This document shows positions 1 to 11,861 of a stretch of 64,000 bases of DNA, in pieces. How positions within the stretch are numbered: position 1 is the stretch's first letter; each line of letters opens with the position of its first letter. The position numbers were made by a program, and so were the translations under genes. Source of the stretch: Camelus dromedarius (Eukaryota); contig NC_087437.1 in the NCBI RefSeq assembly GCF_036321535.1, forward strand, positions 6,262,001 to 6,326,000, read 5' to 3'. Below the pieces are notes generated by a model. The model was not told where the DNA came from and searched no databases. It saw only the letters and a program-made list of their open reading frames with translations.

Positions 1-118
1 TATTGTTTTGAAGGGTTTTCCTTCTCAATTTTCTGCAAAGAATTCCAATTTAAACACAAGATGTTTTAGAAATTAAATTGTTTTTGAACTTCCAAACTAC
101 ACTACTTATAATTTTTAC

Positions 119-159
119 ATGTCTATAAGGTACAAGTGACATTCCCAAATCAGAATCTT
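119..159 (-). CDS. Candidate 41-nt exon, distal end of the microexon chain
   Basis: Minus strand: cagtatattttttag|AAGATTCTG...TATAGACAT|gtaaaa. Open in both frames reachable from upstream exons (EDSDLGMSLVPYRH or KILIWECHLYLID). Donor only moderate. Confidence 0.3.
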
Positions 160-889
160 CTAAAAAATATACTGGGTTCACTAATTTTCATCCAAAATAA
201 TGTAAGTAATATAATCTTTCAAATTTCAAGAGCAGGGGGACATGATAGGCAGGGGAAATGTGGAATGCTAAGTTGGAAAAGCAAGTCCAACCAAAATGAG
301 TATATAATTTTGCAGGATGTAATCTCCACTAATGGAGGAAAGTTCCAGAGAAGCCCGTGAATACACAAATTCTTGTCCCAACACAGAATGCTCCTTTATC
401 CTGTTTACTTTCTTTCTAAAACTCTCCCTTCTTAAAATCACTCTTGAACATTTTCTGATTTTTATCAGACCCCTCCAACTCTCACCCACCCCAACTCGCA
501 GTCAGATGTTAACAAATCCTTTCCCCCTCAGATCATGGCAAGAGAAGCGGAGGGTTAGGCAAAATCAGCACTTAGGAAAACAGAACTTTCACTGCCAACA
601 GACAGTAAGAATTTCAAAAGCCATAAATCCTAAGTTCATAAATCTAAACAGTTGTCAGTTCTTGCTTCTTCTGTGTACAAATCAGTGTACATATATGGAG
701 CGCTAATTATACAGAAGGAACTCTCGGGAATGTAATCTAGTAGAGGATAGCAAAATGCAGATAATCAATTATAAAACAGATCTGATCAATTCTGCTGACC
801 AAATGAATGAACAGATTGAAAAACAAAGTCCTTTACTACGGAGAAGTAAAGATCACCAAACTCAAACACCTAAAGGGGTCAGGCGAGAA

Positions 890-1140
890 GCATTATTAGC
901 TACAGTTAACTTCGTCTGAGCAATGAATACATGACAAAAACTACTCTAACCAGTTCAGGTTCACTCATCACTTCATCCTCCCAACAACCCTGTGATGTAC
1001 CTTCATTGTCATTTTCATTTTACCAAGAGAAAACTGAGGTGCAGAGAGATGAAGTAATGTGTTTACAACCACACAACCAGTAGGTGTTGAAGCCAGCACC
1101 CACCCTACCTGGCTCCAGAGCTCCCACTCTACCCCACTAT
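890..1140 (-). mobile_element. MIR SINE
   Basis: Core motif catcctcccaacaaccctgtga...aaactgaggtgcagagagatgaagtaa...ggctccagagc matches the reverse complement of the MIR consensus. Confidence 0.8.
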
Positions 1141-1565
1141 CCATGTGGCTCTCATTAAGTCAAACAGACAAGGTGTACACTAAGGGGGTTTAAGGGGAGG
1201 AGGTCTGTGAACTGCAACATCCTCTTCTCTGCTTCAACATTTTCAAGAAAAGCTAGAAACCCAAAATTTTATGTGAAATCTCTTTAGTTCTGAGAGTTGG
1301 CAAATAATTTATTAAAAAAAAAAAGTGGGTGGAACTGATTAAACACATGTCCAAATTGTATTTGGCCATGGACAACTATTTTAATGTAAAATTCATATTC
1401 TCCATACATTTTGTCATACTCTTTAAAAATACAAAGGTAAACATTTGAAAATGAGTATTACAAGTCAACTGCTGAATTTCCTTAAAACTTCTTTAATATT
1501 CTATACTATGTTTTCATATCATTAATTTCTCATTTTTATAGTATATACTTCCCACTGTTACTTAC

Positions 1566-1570
1566 TATAC
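1566..1570 (-). CDS. Candidate 5-nt microexon (GTATA)
   Basis: ccccttatttgtatattgtag|GTATA|gtaagt: consensus donor and pyrimidine-rich acceptor. Continues the chain as ...EYK-G-I. Confidence 0.35.
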
Positions 1571-1963
1571 CTACAATATACAAATAAGGGGATTTTATAC
1601 ATTTTAAACTTTTGAGAAATAAGCAACAAGCAAACTGATATCAAAGCATATTTCAAAAAGCAACATTAAAAAAACCCCTCTTTATAGCTAAAATAAAATA
1701 CAACATGATGATCAAATATTCATTCAAGATGCTCATAGTTGCTTAGGGTCTTTTTAAACTCCTTAGAGAAAGTTAAGATCAAATCATTCACTGATTTTGG
1801 CTTTTATAATAATGTTTTAGAAATTGAGATGTCTATGGTAATACCTAATAACCAGAAAACAAAATTTACTAAATACACCAGTTTACAACCATTCTATAGA
1901 ATCAGGCATCTACTATGTTTTAAATTATTATGCCTATAGATTGAAACTGAGTCACTGAAATAC

Positions 1964-1989
1964 CTTTATATTCAAATAAAGCAAACTTG
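1964..1989 (-). CDS. 26-nt exon of microexon chain, (S)KFALFEYK
   Basis: taactcattattactgttcag|CAAGTTTGCTTTATTTGAATATAAAG|gtattt; phase 2 to 1, in frame with 2391-2404. Confidence 0.55.
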
Positions 1990-2390
1990 CTGAACAGTAA
2001 TAATGAGTTATTTTCAAGAAAATTGTTGAAGAAAGAGTTTGGATAATGTCCTTTTCTTTCAATTACAGATATAATAATAATCTAGTTCAAAAGTAACTTA
2101 AGAAAGTGCTGGGGTTTTTTATTTTAAATACAAAGGGCTATTTTAGCTTTTTAGAACATAAAAAATACTTAACTGTGTTGGTTACTGCTATGATGATTAT
2201 CTTACAAAATTACAATATAATGTGGCTTTCAAATATGAAGTAATTCTCTTAAGAACTTTCCAATTTGTGTTTTTGACTGTAACAACCACTGAAAATATAT
2301 GCCTTTAAAAAGCAGGACAGCAAAGGTTTTTAAACAAATGTGTCTGTATTTATTTTAATCACTATGAATCATTATGAATAAATTTTGTAC

Positions 2391-2404
2391 CTATAAATAT
2401 CAGA
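2391..2404 (-). CDS. 14-nt microexon, SDIY(S)
   Basis: tttttatttaatgttttcttacag|TCTGATATTTATAG|gtacaa; strong acceptor; phase 0 to 2 links the 27-nt and 26-nt exons. Confidence 0.55.
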
Positions 2405-2705
2405 CTGTAAGAAAACATTAAATAAAAATCAAATAAAGAATTAAGGCAATTTTCTTAGTCTGGAGATTTTTAAGATAACGACTATAAAAGTCAAAATGGC
2501 ATAAACACTTTGAAACTCAGAAAAGACCACTGCATCTTATGTCGGTGTACTTGATAGGTCTCAATCTTCCCTACATAGATGCTAAGTATATACATATATA
2601 AAAATATATAATGACCAAAAATATGTAGCTTAGTAAATGACTCCTCAAATCCGTAACCGATAGACTTGTTTTTCTTAAATAATGCCAAGCTGTCTCTAGA
2701 CTTGC

Positions 2706-2732
2706 CCGAACTGACAAAAATGGTAAAGAATT
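2706..2732 (-). CDS. 27-nt microexon, NSLPFLSVR, with GC donor
   Basis: tcgcctttatttttttag|AATTCTTTACCATTTTTGTCAGTTCGG|gcaagt; otherwise consensus GC-AG donor; CpG retained. Confidence 0.55.
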
Positions 2733-4690
2733 CTAAAAAAATAAAGGCGATCTTATTTTGTCCAATTCGGAAAGCACAGCAATATACCTTCTAAGACCTG
2801 AGAAAGGGATACCCCTCATTTGCCACACTACATATACTTACATATAAATAACAGTTAAAAGTTTCCTGCTTCTTATAAACTCAGAATTCACAAAACTCAA
2901 AGTTGGTTAAATAATATGGTTTTACTGATATCCTGGTCACAGGAATTGACACGTTAGGCTGAAACTGCCATTTAAAATCCAAAACTAATCATAAGGACAG
3001 TTGCATTAGCTTCACAAATCTGGTTTTTGCAGTATTAAATCTTAAAAGTAATCTGTCTGAAAAACGGGAAGTCTTGTGAAAATAGTTAATATTTAATGAA
3101 AGGGTAAGAGTTTAGCACTAAAGCCTGGAAGACAGTTTTCAAGTATGTTAAATTAAATTTCAAAACAATTTATTTTCCATGTAAACTGAAGCAATACAAG
3201 CAAGTCTGTAAGTGAAAATTTCAAATTATTAGCAGTGTACAGCCAAAAGAACAGATTAGTGGAATAAAATTTTCTCTTTTAAGAAATTATCATATAAACA
3301 AAACCTCTAGAAAAACAGGTGATTCCCTCTGAATCTGAAGTTCTATGTTTCTCAACTTCTATTCATTCTTACACGGTTTCTAATACACAGGCACGGAATT
3401 AGCATTCTGAATTGTCTCTTCTAAAGACATCCATATTCAGAAAAGCTCATATAAGCATACTTCATTCATTTAAATTCTTGACTGATGGTAAACTTAGAAG
3501 TCAAACACTGAAATGACAGAGTAATATTACTTTACATAAAGATAGCTCCTATAAGAAAAGCATATCAAAGAGCTTAAATGAACTGTTTCCATAGCACAGT
3601 TATAAAAGGGGGAGAGGATACAGCATAAATGAATTAACTGTTACAGGTAGCACACATTCTCCATGATGGGTATATAACCTAAAATATGACATCTTGGCTA
3701 TAAAAGCATGAAATTGAAAGAAGCTCTGTTTTCATAATTAAGACAGTAATGGAACATTATCTATAGAATTGGCAAAAAAAAATCTCTTTATTTTTTATTT
3801 AGAAATATTGGTAGCTAGAGATTTTGATGGTCAGGAATAATGATGTTTTAAAGTCTTAATCATAAGGGAGAGAAGGAGGTAGGAAAGAAGGAAGAAGAAA
3901 AGAAAGAAAAAGAGAAATGACAGGAAACAGAAAGGATGAAGTTCCATTTTTAAATTCTGTCAATCTTTAATGCAAGAGTGCTACATTGGACTTTAAGTTA
4001 ATTAAGTATTAAAATCAATCATCTGAAAGTCTTAATATTTAATATTGGTTAGATTGTATATCAAAGTAGTTTTATTATTTATTTACTCCAAACCTTTCCA
4101 GAATACTTCATCTGACAACAGGGGGTCTGTTTCTCACAAGATAAATGCATTTACAATGCCAAATAAATTATATATAAAAGCATTTATCTTAATACATGTC
4201 ATTCAATATTAAATATCACCCATTGGTAAAATCCTGAAACCCTAATTCATTTTTGCCAAGCACACAATTGTATTATTCAAGTGTTGTCTATTAAACAGGT
4301 ACAGGACTATAGTAAGGGTCTACACAGAGAACCATCGTCAAAAGAAAATTAAAACAGATTTAATGCTTATAATTTCCAGGCTATCAGAGCAAGAATTTCA
4401 GAGTAAACAATCAACTATAAAAATACTAGATTCACGAACAACCGACATAACCATGCAGAACTATGCAGAATATATGAAAGGTTCACAGGTGGGCTTAAAT
4501 GTTTCATACTGAGAAATAGGAATCTGTTTGGCCTTTCAATATTCAAATGCTGTAAAGTAATAGAAGGTGGCAGTTGTGACCATATAAACCGGGAGAAAAC
4601 TGAGCATATGAAGAGATCAAGGTGTTTTCAGAAGCATATGAGCGACTGTGAGGAGATGCTTCTAAAACTCCACGTGGATCTGATGCTTAC

Positions 4691-4708
4691 CCCTTTTAAG
4701 TGGTACGG
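4691..4708 (-). CDS. 18-nt microexon, PYHLKG
   Basis: gtgtctttgggtttctcag|CCGTACCACTTAAAAGGG|gtaagc; strong sites on both sides; CpG retained. Confidence 0.6.
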
Positions 4709-4754
4709 CTGAGAAACCCAAAGACACTTTAATGAAAACAGCATTTTTAATTAA

Positions 4755-4930
4755 GTAATAATAGCAAAAACACAGCAGTGATTAGGAAGTAGGCACTGTT
4801 CAGGCACTTCTACTTTTAAACATCACAACCCCTCTATGCAACAGACACTATTTATTATCCCTTTTTCTGGTTAGGCAACCACAGAGAAGTTGGGGAATTT
4901 ATTCACAGTCACACAGCTATTAGTGGCCAA
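4755..4930 (-). mobile_element. MIR SINE fragment
   Basis: aggcactgtt...catcacaacccct...ttattatccc...cacagagaagtt...gtcacacagctattagtggc. Confidence 0.65.
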
Positions 4931-5035
4931 AATACCTCAAATGACTTAATAATGGCTTAATAAATGTCTAAGAAAAATTAAACCAGGATTTATAGGATAA
5001 ATAGTTTTCTTTATTGTTGACTATAGTATAGTGTA

Positions 5036-5350
5036 CAGGTACACCGCAGAGATACTGCGGGTCCGGTTCCAGACCACTGCAACAGAGCAAATGGCACAAT
5101 AAGGAGTCTCACGAATATTTCGGTTTTCCAGTGCATTGAAAAGTGATGTTCACACTATACTGTAGTCTACTAAGTGTGCAATAATGGCACATCTAAAAAA
5201 TGTACACACCTTAATTAAAAATACTTTATTGCTAAAACATCATCTGACAACACAGGGTCACCGTAAACCCTCAAATACATTAAAAAAAATAAAAACAAAA
5301 ACAAAAAATAATGCCATATCTGCAAAACACAATAAAAAGAGGTATGCTTG
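5036..5350 (-). mobile_element. Tigger1-derived non-autonomous DNA transposon (TcMar-Tigger)
   Basis: Ends caggtacaccgcagagatactgcgggtccggttccagacc and caataaaaagaggtatgcttg match Tigger1 termini; TA target-site dinucleotides on both flanks. Confidence 0.85.
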
Positions 5351-6250
5351 TAAAGGAAAGCATTCTAGTTTACTTTTCTCCCAGACAAGCTTTTGAAGAT
5401 CTAGGATTGTAAGTTAAATAGACACTTTATAGCCACATGGTATGGGTGTTCTCCAAATCATCATCCTAAGAATAAACACATGTCCAGTGAGAAAAGAAAA
5501 TAAGCTGTGAGTGCAGGCATAGTTTATACATTCTTCCACAAAATTATAATTTGTGAATAAGTCACACTGGACCTTTGGAGTCACTATCAAATGGCCAAAA
5601 TTGTGAATTATTTAGATCCTAAATGCTATGATTTTCATTACACCAACCACTCCAGTACTAAGTAACATCACTGAGGGCAGGCCAGCAACTAAGGAGCATC
5701 ACCTGGTCCTCTACAGCCAAAGTGGCTTCAAAGTAGCTTACATAACAACATTTGCACTTTCATCCCTCCACAGTTTCATTCGTACTTCCTTCCCTCCTAA
5801 TAGGGCCTTTCCTATTCACTTTTCTAAATCCTATACAGAATTGGAACAGCCAGCTTTCCCCTTGGGGACTGATGCCACGAGTGACTGTCCCTGCTCTTCC
5901 ACAGCAGAGTCCTTCGTGTGCCGCACCACAATGAAGCAACAGATGCCAGTAACTAGAAAATGAAGAACTAAGTTTGTTCTGCGTTTTTGTCAACAGCATT
6001 AGTATAGATTTTTCTTATGGAGAGAAGGTATGTAATGGGAAACTTCAGTAGAAAGTAAAATTTTTGTATTCAAGTTTTTACATTTCCTCTGTAGTGTGAC
6101 CACTCCTAACGTAGCTTTCAACTCTCACTTAAACTCTTGCAACGCCCTCCCCAATGGGTCTCCCAGCTTCCATTCTTCCTGGCTGTTGTCAACACTGTTG
6201 ATTGCCTTTGCAACAAAATTCAAATTTTGTTCCAGCCATGTGCTCCTGGA

Positions 6251-6480
6251 GAGGAACCCAGTGGGTGAGTTACAGTTGGTCTAAGCCAGTCCCATTTCTT
6301 GTGCCATGTTGGTTGGGATGCATCATACCATGTGAATGGAAGTTGCCCAAGGGCTTCTAGAGGGACCCAGGGGGTGAGTTACAACTGCTTTAAGCCAATC
6401 ATCATGGCCCCATTTCTTGTGCCAGATTGGTTGGGATGAGCCATTCCATGTGAATGGAAGTTGCCCAAGGGCTTCTAGAG
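6251..6480. repeat. Tandem duplication of about 115 bp, probably within an old MaLR LTR fragment
   Basis: Two diverged copies (6251-6362, 6363-6480) share cccatttcttgtgcca..ttggttgggatg..ccatgtgaatggaagttgcccaagggcttctagag. Confidence 0.85.
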
Positions 6481-6539
6481 GTTTTTCTCCCAATTACAAA
6501 GATGTATACTCTTAACTGCGGTGGATGACCCAGCCTAGA

Positions 6540-7640
6540 TTCATCCCACCTCTAGCCTCCTTGCTGTATGTAGTAACAGAAACCTTACTGTGTAACCCAA
6601 CTGAGATTTCCTATTAGTGCCAGATTTCACAGCCGAACATATCCACCTCCTCCAGTCCATTACTATGTACCATTCAACATGACTTCTTTCCATTGTAAAT
6701 CCAAATTCTTTTAAATCCAGGCCTAGCGCTCTGATCCTACCCTCCTCTCTGCCCTGCGCTCTGGCCACACTGGACTTTTTCCTGGTCCTTGAACAAAAAC
6801 ACAGCTCATCGCCACTTCAGGTCTGCACATTCCTACTTCCTCTGCTGCGACACTCTGCCCTTAGTATCACTGACATATCTGCTCAAGTTCAGGTCAGCGC
6901 AGAAAGCTTTTCCTGGAGCCTATCTAATCCACTGGCAAATCGTGCTGCTTCTACCTTCAAAGTGAAATCAAGAATTAGGCCATTCTGTACCACAGTCCCC
7001 CTGATCCGGGCCACAGCCAACCCCGGCCTGGACTATTTAATTCTCTCCAGTATGTCTCCTTGTTTCCAACCTGGCCATCTACAATCTCACTTGTGTGATC
7101 CATTTATAAGTTAGCTCAGCTCATGTCTCACCTCTGTTGAAAACTTTCCAGCAGTTTCTCATCTCACTCAGGATAAAATAAAATATCTTCACAAGACTCC
7201 ACAGGATCCTGCCGGAGCTTCAGCTTTGATCTTCCATCCCCCGCCCTTCCTGCTCAAGCCCTCCAGCCCTAAGGGCCTCTTTAGAGTTCCTCAAAGGTGC
7301 TAAGCAAGTTCTTGCCACAGGGGGCCTTTGTCCTTCCCTTAGTTCCAAAACACTTCCCCTTAGACACCCATCCACGGAGAGGACTCTCCCCTCCACCGCC
7401 TTCCACAGTCCAGGCTCAAATGCCACCTGATTTGTTAGGTCCCCATGATCACAGGGCCACACTCAGCACACACCCTCCCCTCCTCTCACTTTGTTACCCA
7501 TCTTCACTGACGACATTTATCCCCAGCTGACATGCTCCAAATTTGTTTGTATTTTCCTTACCAGGCATCACCCTATTATAATTCTATGACTGCAAAAGCT
7601 TTACCTATTTTATTTACTTCTGTATCTCCCGTATCTGGAA
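6540..7640 (+). mobile_element. L2 LINE 3' fragments
   Basis: ctggccacactggactttttcctggtccttgaaca; gggcctttg; caggctcaaatgccacct; cttctgtatctcc are L2 3'-end motifs. Confidence 0.7.
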
Positions 7641-8288
7641 GGTATCATTATGTTTTTATTTATGGCATTTCAGAGGACAGTTTGAAAGAATCCAATAAGG
7701 CACAATGAGAGAAATCTAACTGAATCCAAGTTAGTTATTAATTTAAATCAAGTTTTCAAGAATTCGTAGGTACATGTCAGGGACATATATTAGCATAAAA
7801 TACATGTAAGTAATTAGAATTAAAGATATTTGAGAAGACAGATTCCAAAAAACAGACTACAAATTAGGAAATTAAGATCATCTAGTAATAATTACTTTAA
7901 AGAAGCAAGGACCTGTCCCTCGAGGTGAGAGTTAGCCTTAGACCCCGGGCCCTCTCCTGGGAGAGCCTGTGGCAGTTCAACACATGCTCTGTGGGGCTGC
8001 TCAGTACTCGCTCAGAAACACAAGGTGGGAGAAGAGAGCCCAAGTTCCCTACAGACCCACAGGCTCTCAGATGCCCCCTCACGCACACACACATTTCTGC
8101 CATCTGTACTCGCCACGCTCTAAACGGGTCAACTGTTATCTTGAACCTTGCCCATTGGTTAGAAATCCTCCCCTTTCCCACGGAAACCAGGGAAGACCAA
8201 AGGCAGCAAGAAATCTGTGCATTTTACCCAACCTGTGATCTGTGCTCTGTGAGTCAACCCCATCTACTTACATGAAAAAATAACTCAC

Positions 8289-8322
8289 ATCTGGTTCACG
8301 GCTGGAACCAGAAGTTTCGCTC
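8289..8322 (-). CDS. 34-nt exon, (R)SETSGSSREPD
   Basis: ctgtagtggtatatttag|GAGCGAAACTTCTGGTTCCAGCCGTGAACCAGAT|gtgagt; consensus donor; two CpGs in a CpG-poor background. Confidence 0.6.
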
Positions 8323-9089
8323 CTAAATATACCACTACAGTGGGTGAAAACTGTCATAGGCCCTTGCATTTCAACTGTAAATGCTTAGATTTTGAGAAAC
8401 TTCTGAGAAACCAGTAACATATTATTGATGGTTATGTGATATGCAAGCTTTACAAAGTTAACCATCCATAAATAAACAATAAAAGGACCAGGCACAAGCC
8501 AATGATGCAAACATGTCATTAACCCATGACGGTGATTAATCAAATTAATGGAGTTCATGAAAAAAGTTAACCACTGGAATTTCCAAGAATCTTTATGTAT
8601 ATTACAAAAAACGGAACAGCGTTTCAATGATAAAAGTAGAGTTTGAAAGTGTTTTAGAATAACATCTGGTTTATATTTGACATCAAGTAGATGATATCTT
8701 ATGGCTAATCTTTTAAGTCAATTTTATTAAAATTACACATACACAAACACAAAGAAGGTATGCTATATGACTAACTCTGTATCTACTCTTGTTTTGAAAG
8801 ATGTTTTTACTTTTATTTCAATTATCTATTTTCTCTTCAGAAGAATTAAATTCTACATAAAAGATGGCACTTTGTAATGAAAGACAAACTTTATCTATTT
8901 GTTAATTTCATGTAATACCTATCTCATGACAAACACAAGAATTAAATAAGATCATGTGTGGGAAAACATACCAAAAACTACAGTGGAAACAAGGTTCTCT
9001 GTTGTAGTTTACTGACATTAATGATCGACATTAGACATTTTTATAAGATAGCAGATGTATGACATCTTTTTAAGGTTATCCTGATACTG

Positions 9090-9690
9090 CAGCTAAATAC
9101 AAGTGGTGGAGACTGTAAAAGAGAGAGTAAGAATGAACTGGGGGAGGGGAGGAAGGGCCCTCCTGGCAGAGGAGACATCTGTGCAAGGGCTCAGCAAGAG
9201 AGAGACAGGAGGTGCAGGTTCCATTTGAAGTCACAGGGAGTCGGGCTCAGCAGGCTGAAATCAGGCTCAGGAAGGAGATGGAGGCAGGACTTAGGGACCA
9301 CACTTAAGATCCTGAGTTGTTTCTTAAGGGCAGTGGCAGCCACTAAATAACTCTAGGTATAGAGGAGGGAACACCTGCTGTGGTGTCTCCATACTTACTC
9401 TTCCTCCAGCTACACCAAACCACGTCCCTCCGAATTTCCATACATGTGACCCCTCTGCCCCATCCTTAAGATGCAGCTCAAAATTCACCTTCCCTCGAAG
9501 TTCCTTCCCTGACTGCTTCAGATGCCCATTTACCTTGTGTACAACACCACACTAACAGGAACCATTCCTTAGTGTAACGGTTGGTTTTCCACTAACCTGT
9601 ACTCTTTCTAAGGACACAGGATGTGATTTATCTATATTCCAAGGTACTAATACACAAGCACTTGCAAAAATCGTTTATTCAATGAACTGA
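9090..9690. mobile_element. L2 fragments, both orientations
   Basis: cctggcagaggagacatctgtgcaagggc (antisense) and agatgcagctcaaaattcacct...tttattcaatgaa (sense). Confidence 0.55.
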
Positions 9691-10732
9691 CAAAACCCAA
9701 GACATGAGTATAATTCCCAGATATGAGGATTAATTCAGTTATGCTTGCCCGTAACAAACAAGCACACAAACTGAAATGACTTAAAAGAGCGTTGGAGTAT
9801 GTCACAGGAACAAACACTGCCTTAAATTACGCTGCACTACAAGAGCTTAGCTATGCCCCACTGTTTGATATAACCAAAATCTCTCATTTAACAACTACAT
9901 ACTGAACACCTATTAGGGGCCAAGTACTCCAGCACTGATCCTCGTATCAAACGCAAATTCAATAAGCAGTGAGCTTAATTCTATATACTGCCTGGTGAAA
10001 ATTACCCCTGTGATGCTGTATGTTACAACAGCCCTGAAAGGTGATACTCAGTTTCAACCATAACTTTGGACATTCTCACAACAGATAACAAACTAGATTA
10101 CTCAGAATGTTTTCTTTCCCATGAAATCAAAAACCTTTTTAAAATGTCAGCCTTGAACATTATAAAATTATACAGAATGATGAGGAACCAGGCTTATAGT
10201 GCATATAAATATGAGAGCATATCAGACTGCATTTAATTACCAGTTCAAACAACAACCTGATCTAACCTTTGACAAGTAAAATAAATGTTCTGAATAATTT
10301 AACTAAAGCAAACATTTGCTGTTAATGCCAGCTAATTACAGTAAGAGCTGGAAAGAGAAGGGGAAGAAAGATGTGGAAGAGAAGGGGGGACGGAATTTTT
10401 TTAATTAAGGTTGAGATCTTCAACTATCCACTGAAACATTATTTTTTTTCAATGAATTCAATTCACATAAAAGGGCAAAGTCAGTTGAGCGAAGTTGCTT
10501 TATAAATACTCAGATGAAGTAACTTATAGCTGATTAGAGAGCTCATTCTTTCAGTCAGTAACAATCACGAGACAGGCATGGGGACACGGAAACTAGGTAC
10601 AGATTAATCACGGTATGATCACCCCCTTCATTCAAGTGGCTCAAAGTTTAGTGAGAAAAAAAGCCCAGGAAATAGGTATTAGTATCAGTATCGTATTATT
10701 ATTAATTCATTAATTAATTGAAATAATTCATT

Positions 10733-10792
10733 AAAATAAAATAAAATAAAATAAAATAAAATAAAATAAAATAAAATAAAATAAAATAAAAA
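10733..10792. repeat. (AAAAT)n microsatellite
   Basis: About 11-12 perfect AAAAT units. Confidence 0.95.
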
Positions 10793-10929
10793 TACAGATG
10801 CCCAGTTAATTTAAAATTTCAGAAATACAACAAAAGTAATATCTGGAATATATTTATACTAAAAAGTATTCATTATTCATCTGAAATTCAAATTGAATTG
10901 TGTATCCTGTATTGTATCTGACAACCCTA
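10786..10929. mobile_element. MER53-like hAT MITE
   Basis: Palindromic aatacagatgcccagttaa..aatttcaga / tctgaaattcaaatt..tcctgtatt..atctgacaacccta. Confidence 0.75.
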
Positions 10930-11806
10930 CCAGTAGATAAATGAAGATGGGTATTTATGGGAAAATAAGTGGTGTGTCCACTGTAGGAGCTCCAGGATTA
11001 AATGAGACCAAAACTCTTAAAGGGTGATTTCTCAAAAGGCAGGAAAGAGTTGCTCTTCCAGAGCTGTTATCTGATTGCTGATGGGGAAGACCAAAATACA
11101 CTACACAAACGGACAGACCTAGCCCCGCCAGAACTGATTTTTCAATTATCCTTTAAAAAGGAGCTGCAAAGAAGTACAGTAATAAACAAATGAACAATCT
11201 TCCTACTGGAAATCATCAGCTACCAAATGGCAGAAAAATGAAACATCCTGACAAAAATCCAAAAGCCACCAAGGACCCTGCTGAGTGGAAATAAAGTACA
11301 CGATTGTTCGTAAACTGAGGCTATCATCTTTTACCCCTGAGGGGAGGTGTATTTCGAAAGAAAAAAAAAAAAAAAAAAACCAAGGAAAATTGAACTTTGT
11401 TCATTTGTTGAGGCCACTCTTATTAAATTATATAACATTTTCACGTGTGTACTGTAAATAAAATGTTAATAACTATGACTGATAATGCACAAGAATCTAA
11501 GGTATGTTAAGCTCTTAGTGTAACAAATTTAAAAAATTACTCAATAATGCATAATGTGAAGACATATTATACTCCATATGAAACTGTCAATGTAATTGAT
11601 TAGTGACTTCAAAAGGAACCAGCTTTGCTCATGTGGCAGAAGCTTCCAAGTCTCAATATAAATGTAAAAATGTTTCAGTTATAATAGAGAAAAGAAAAAC
11701 TCCAATTCCCCAACTTGATGACATATAAATATACATATATGGTTGATTAACAGAAAATGGCAATTGTTTAAGATATTAAAACTTAGCATAAAATAATGAA
11801 TACGAC

Positions 11807-11861
11807 CTGAGGGTTTTTCTCGGAATCTTTGGTATCCATGTTGATCGTAATTGCTCCACCT
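11807..11861 (-). CDS. 55-nt exon, (E)VEQLRSTWIPKIPRKTL
   Basis: acacatcttttgggcag|AGGTGGAGC...AAAACCCTCAG|gtcgta; GC- and CpG-richer than flanks, no stop in any frame; atypical donor. Confidence 0.6.

Noticed and set aside
2788..2797. 10-nt exon-like segment ctcag|GTCTTAGAAG|gtatat
   Set aside because: It would leave a 55-nt intron to the 27-nt exon, too short to co-splice. Mutually exclusive use is possible but unsupported.
11807..11861. KQRWSNYDQHG resembles the end of a DnaJ domain
   Set aside because: No HPD motif or upstream J-domain helices in that frame.
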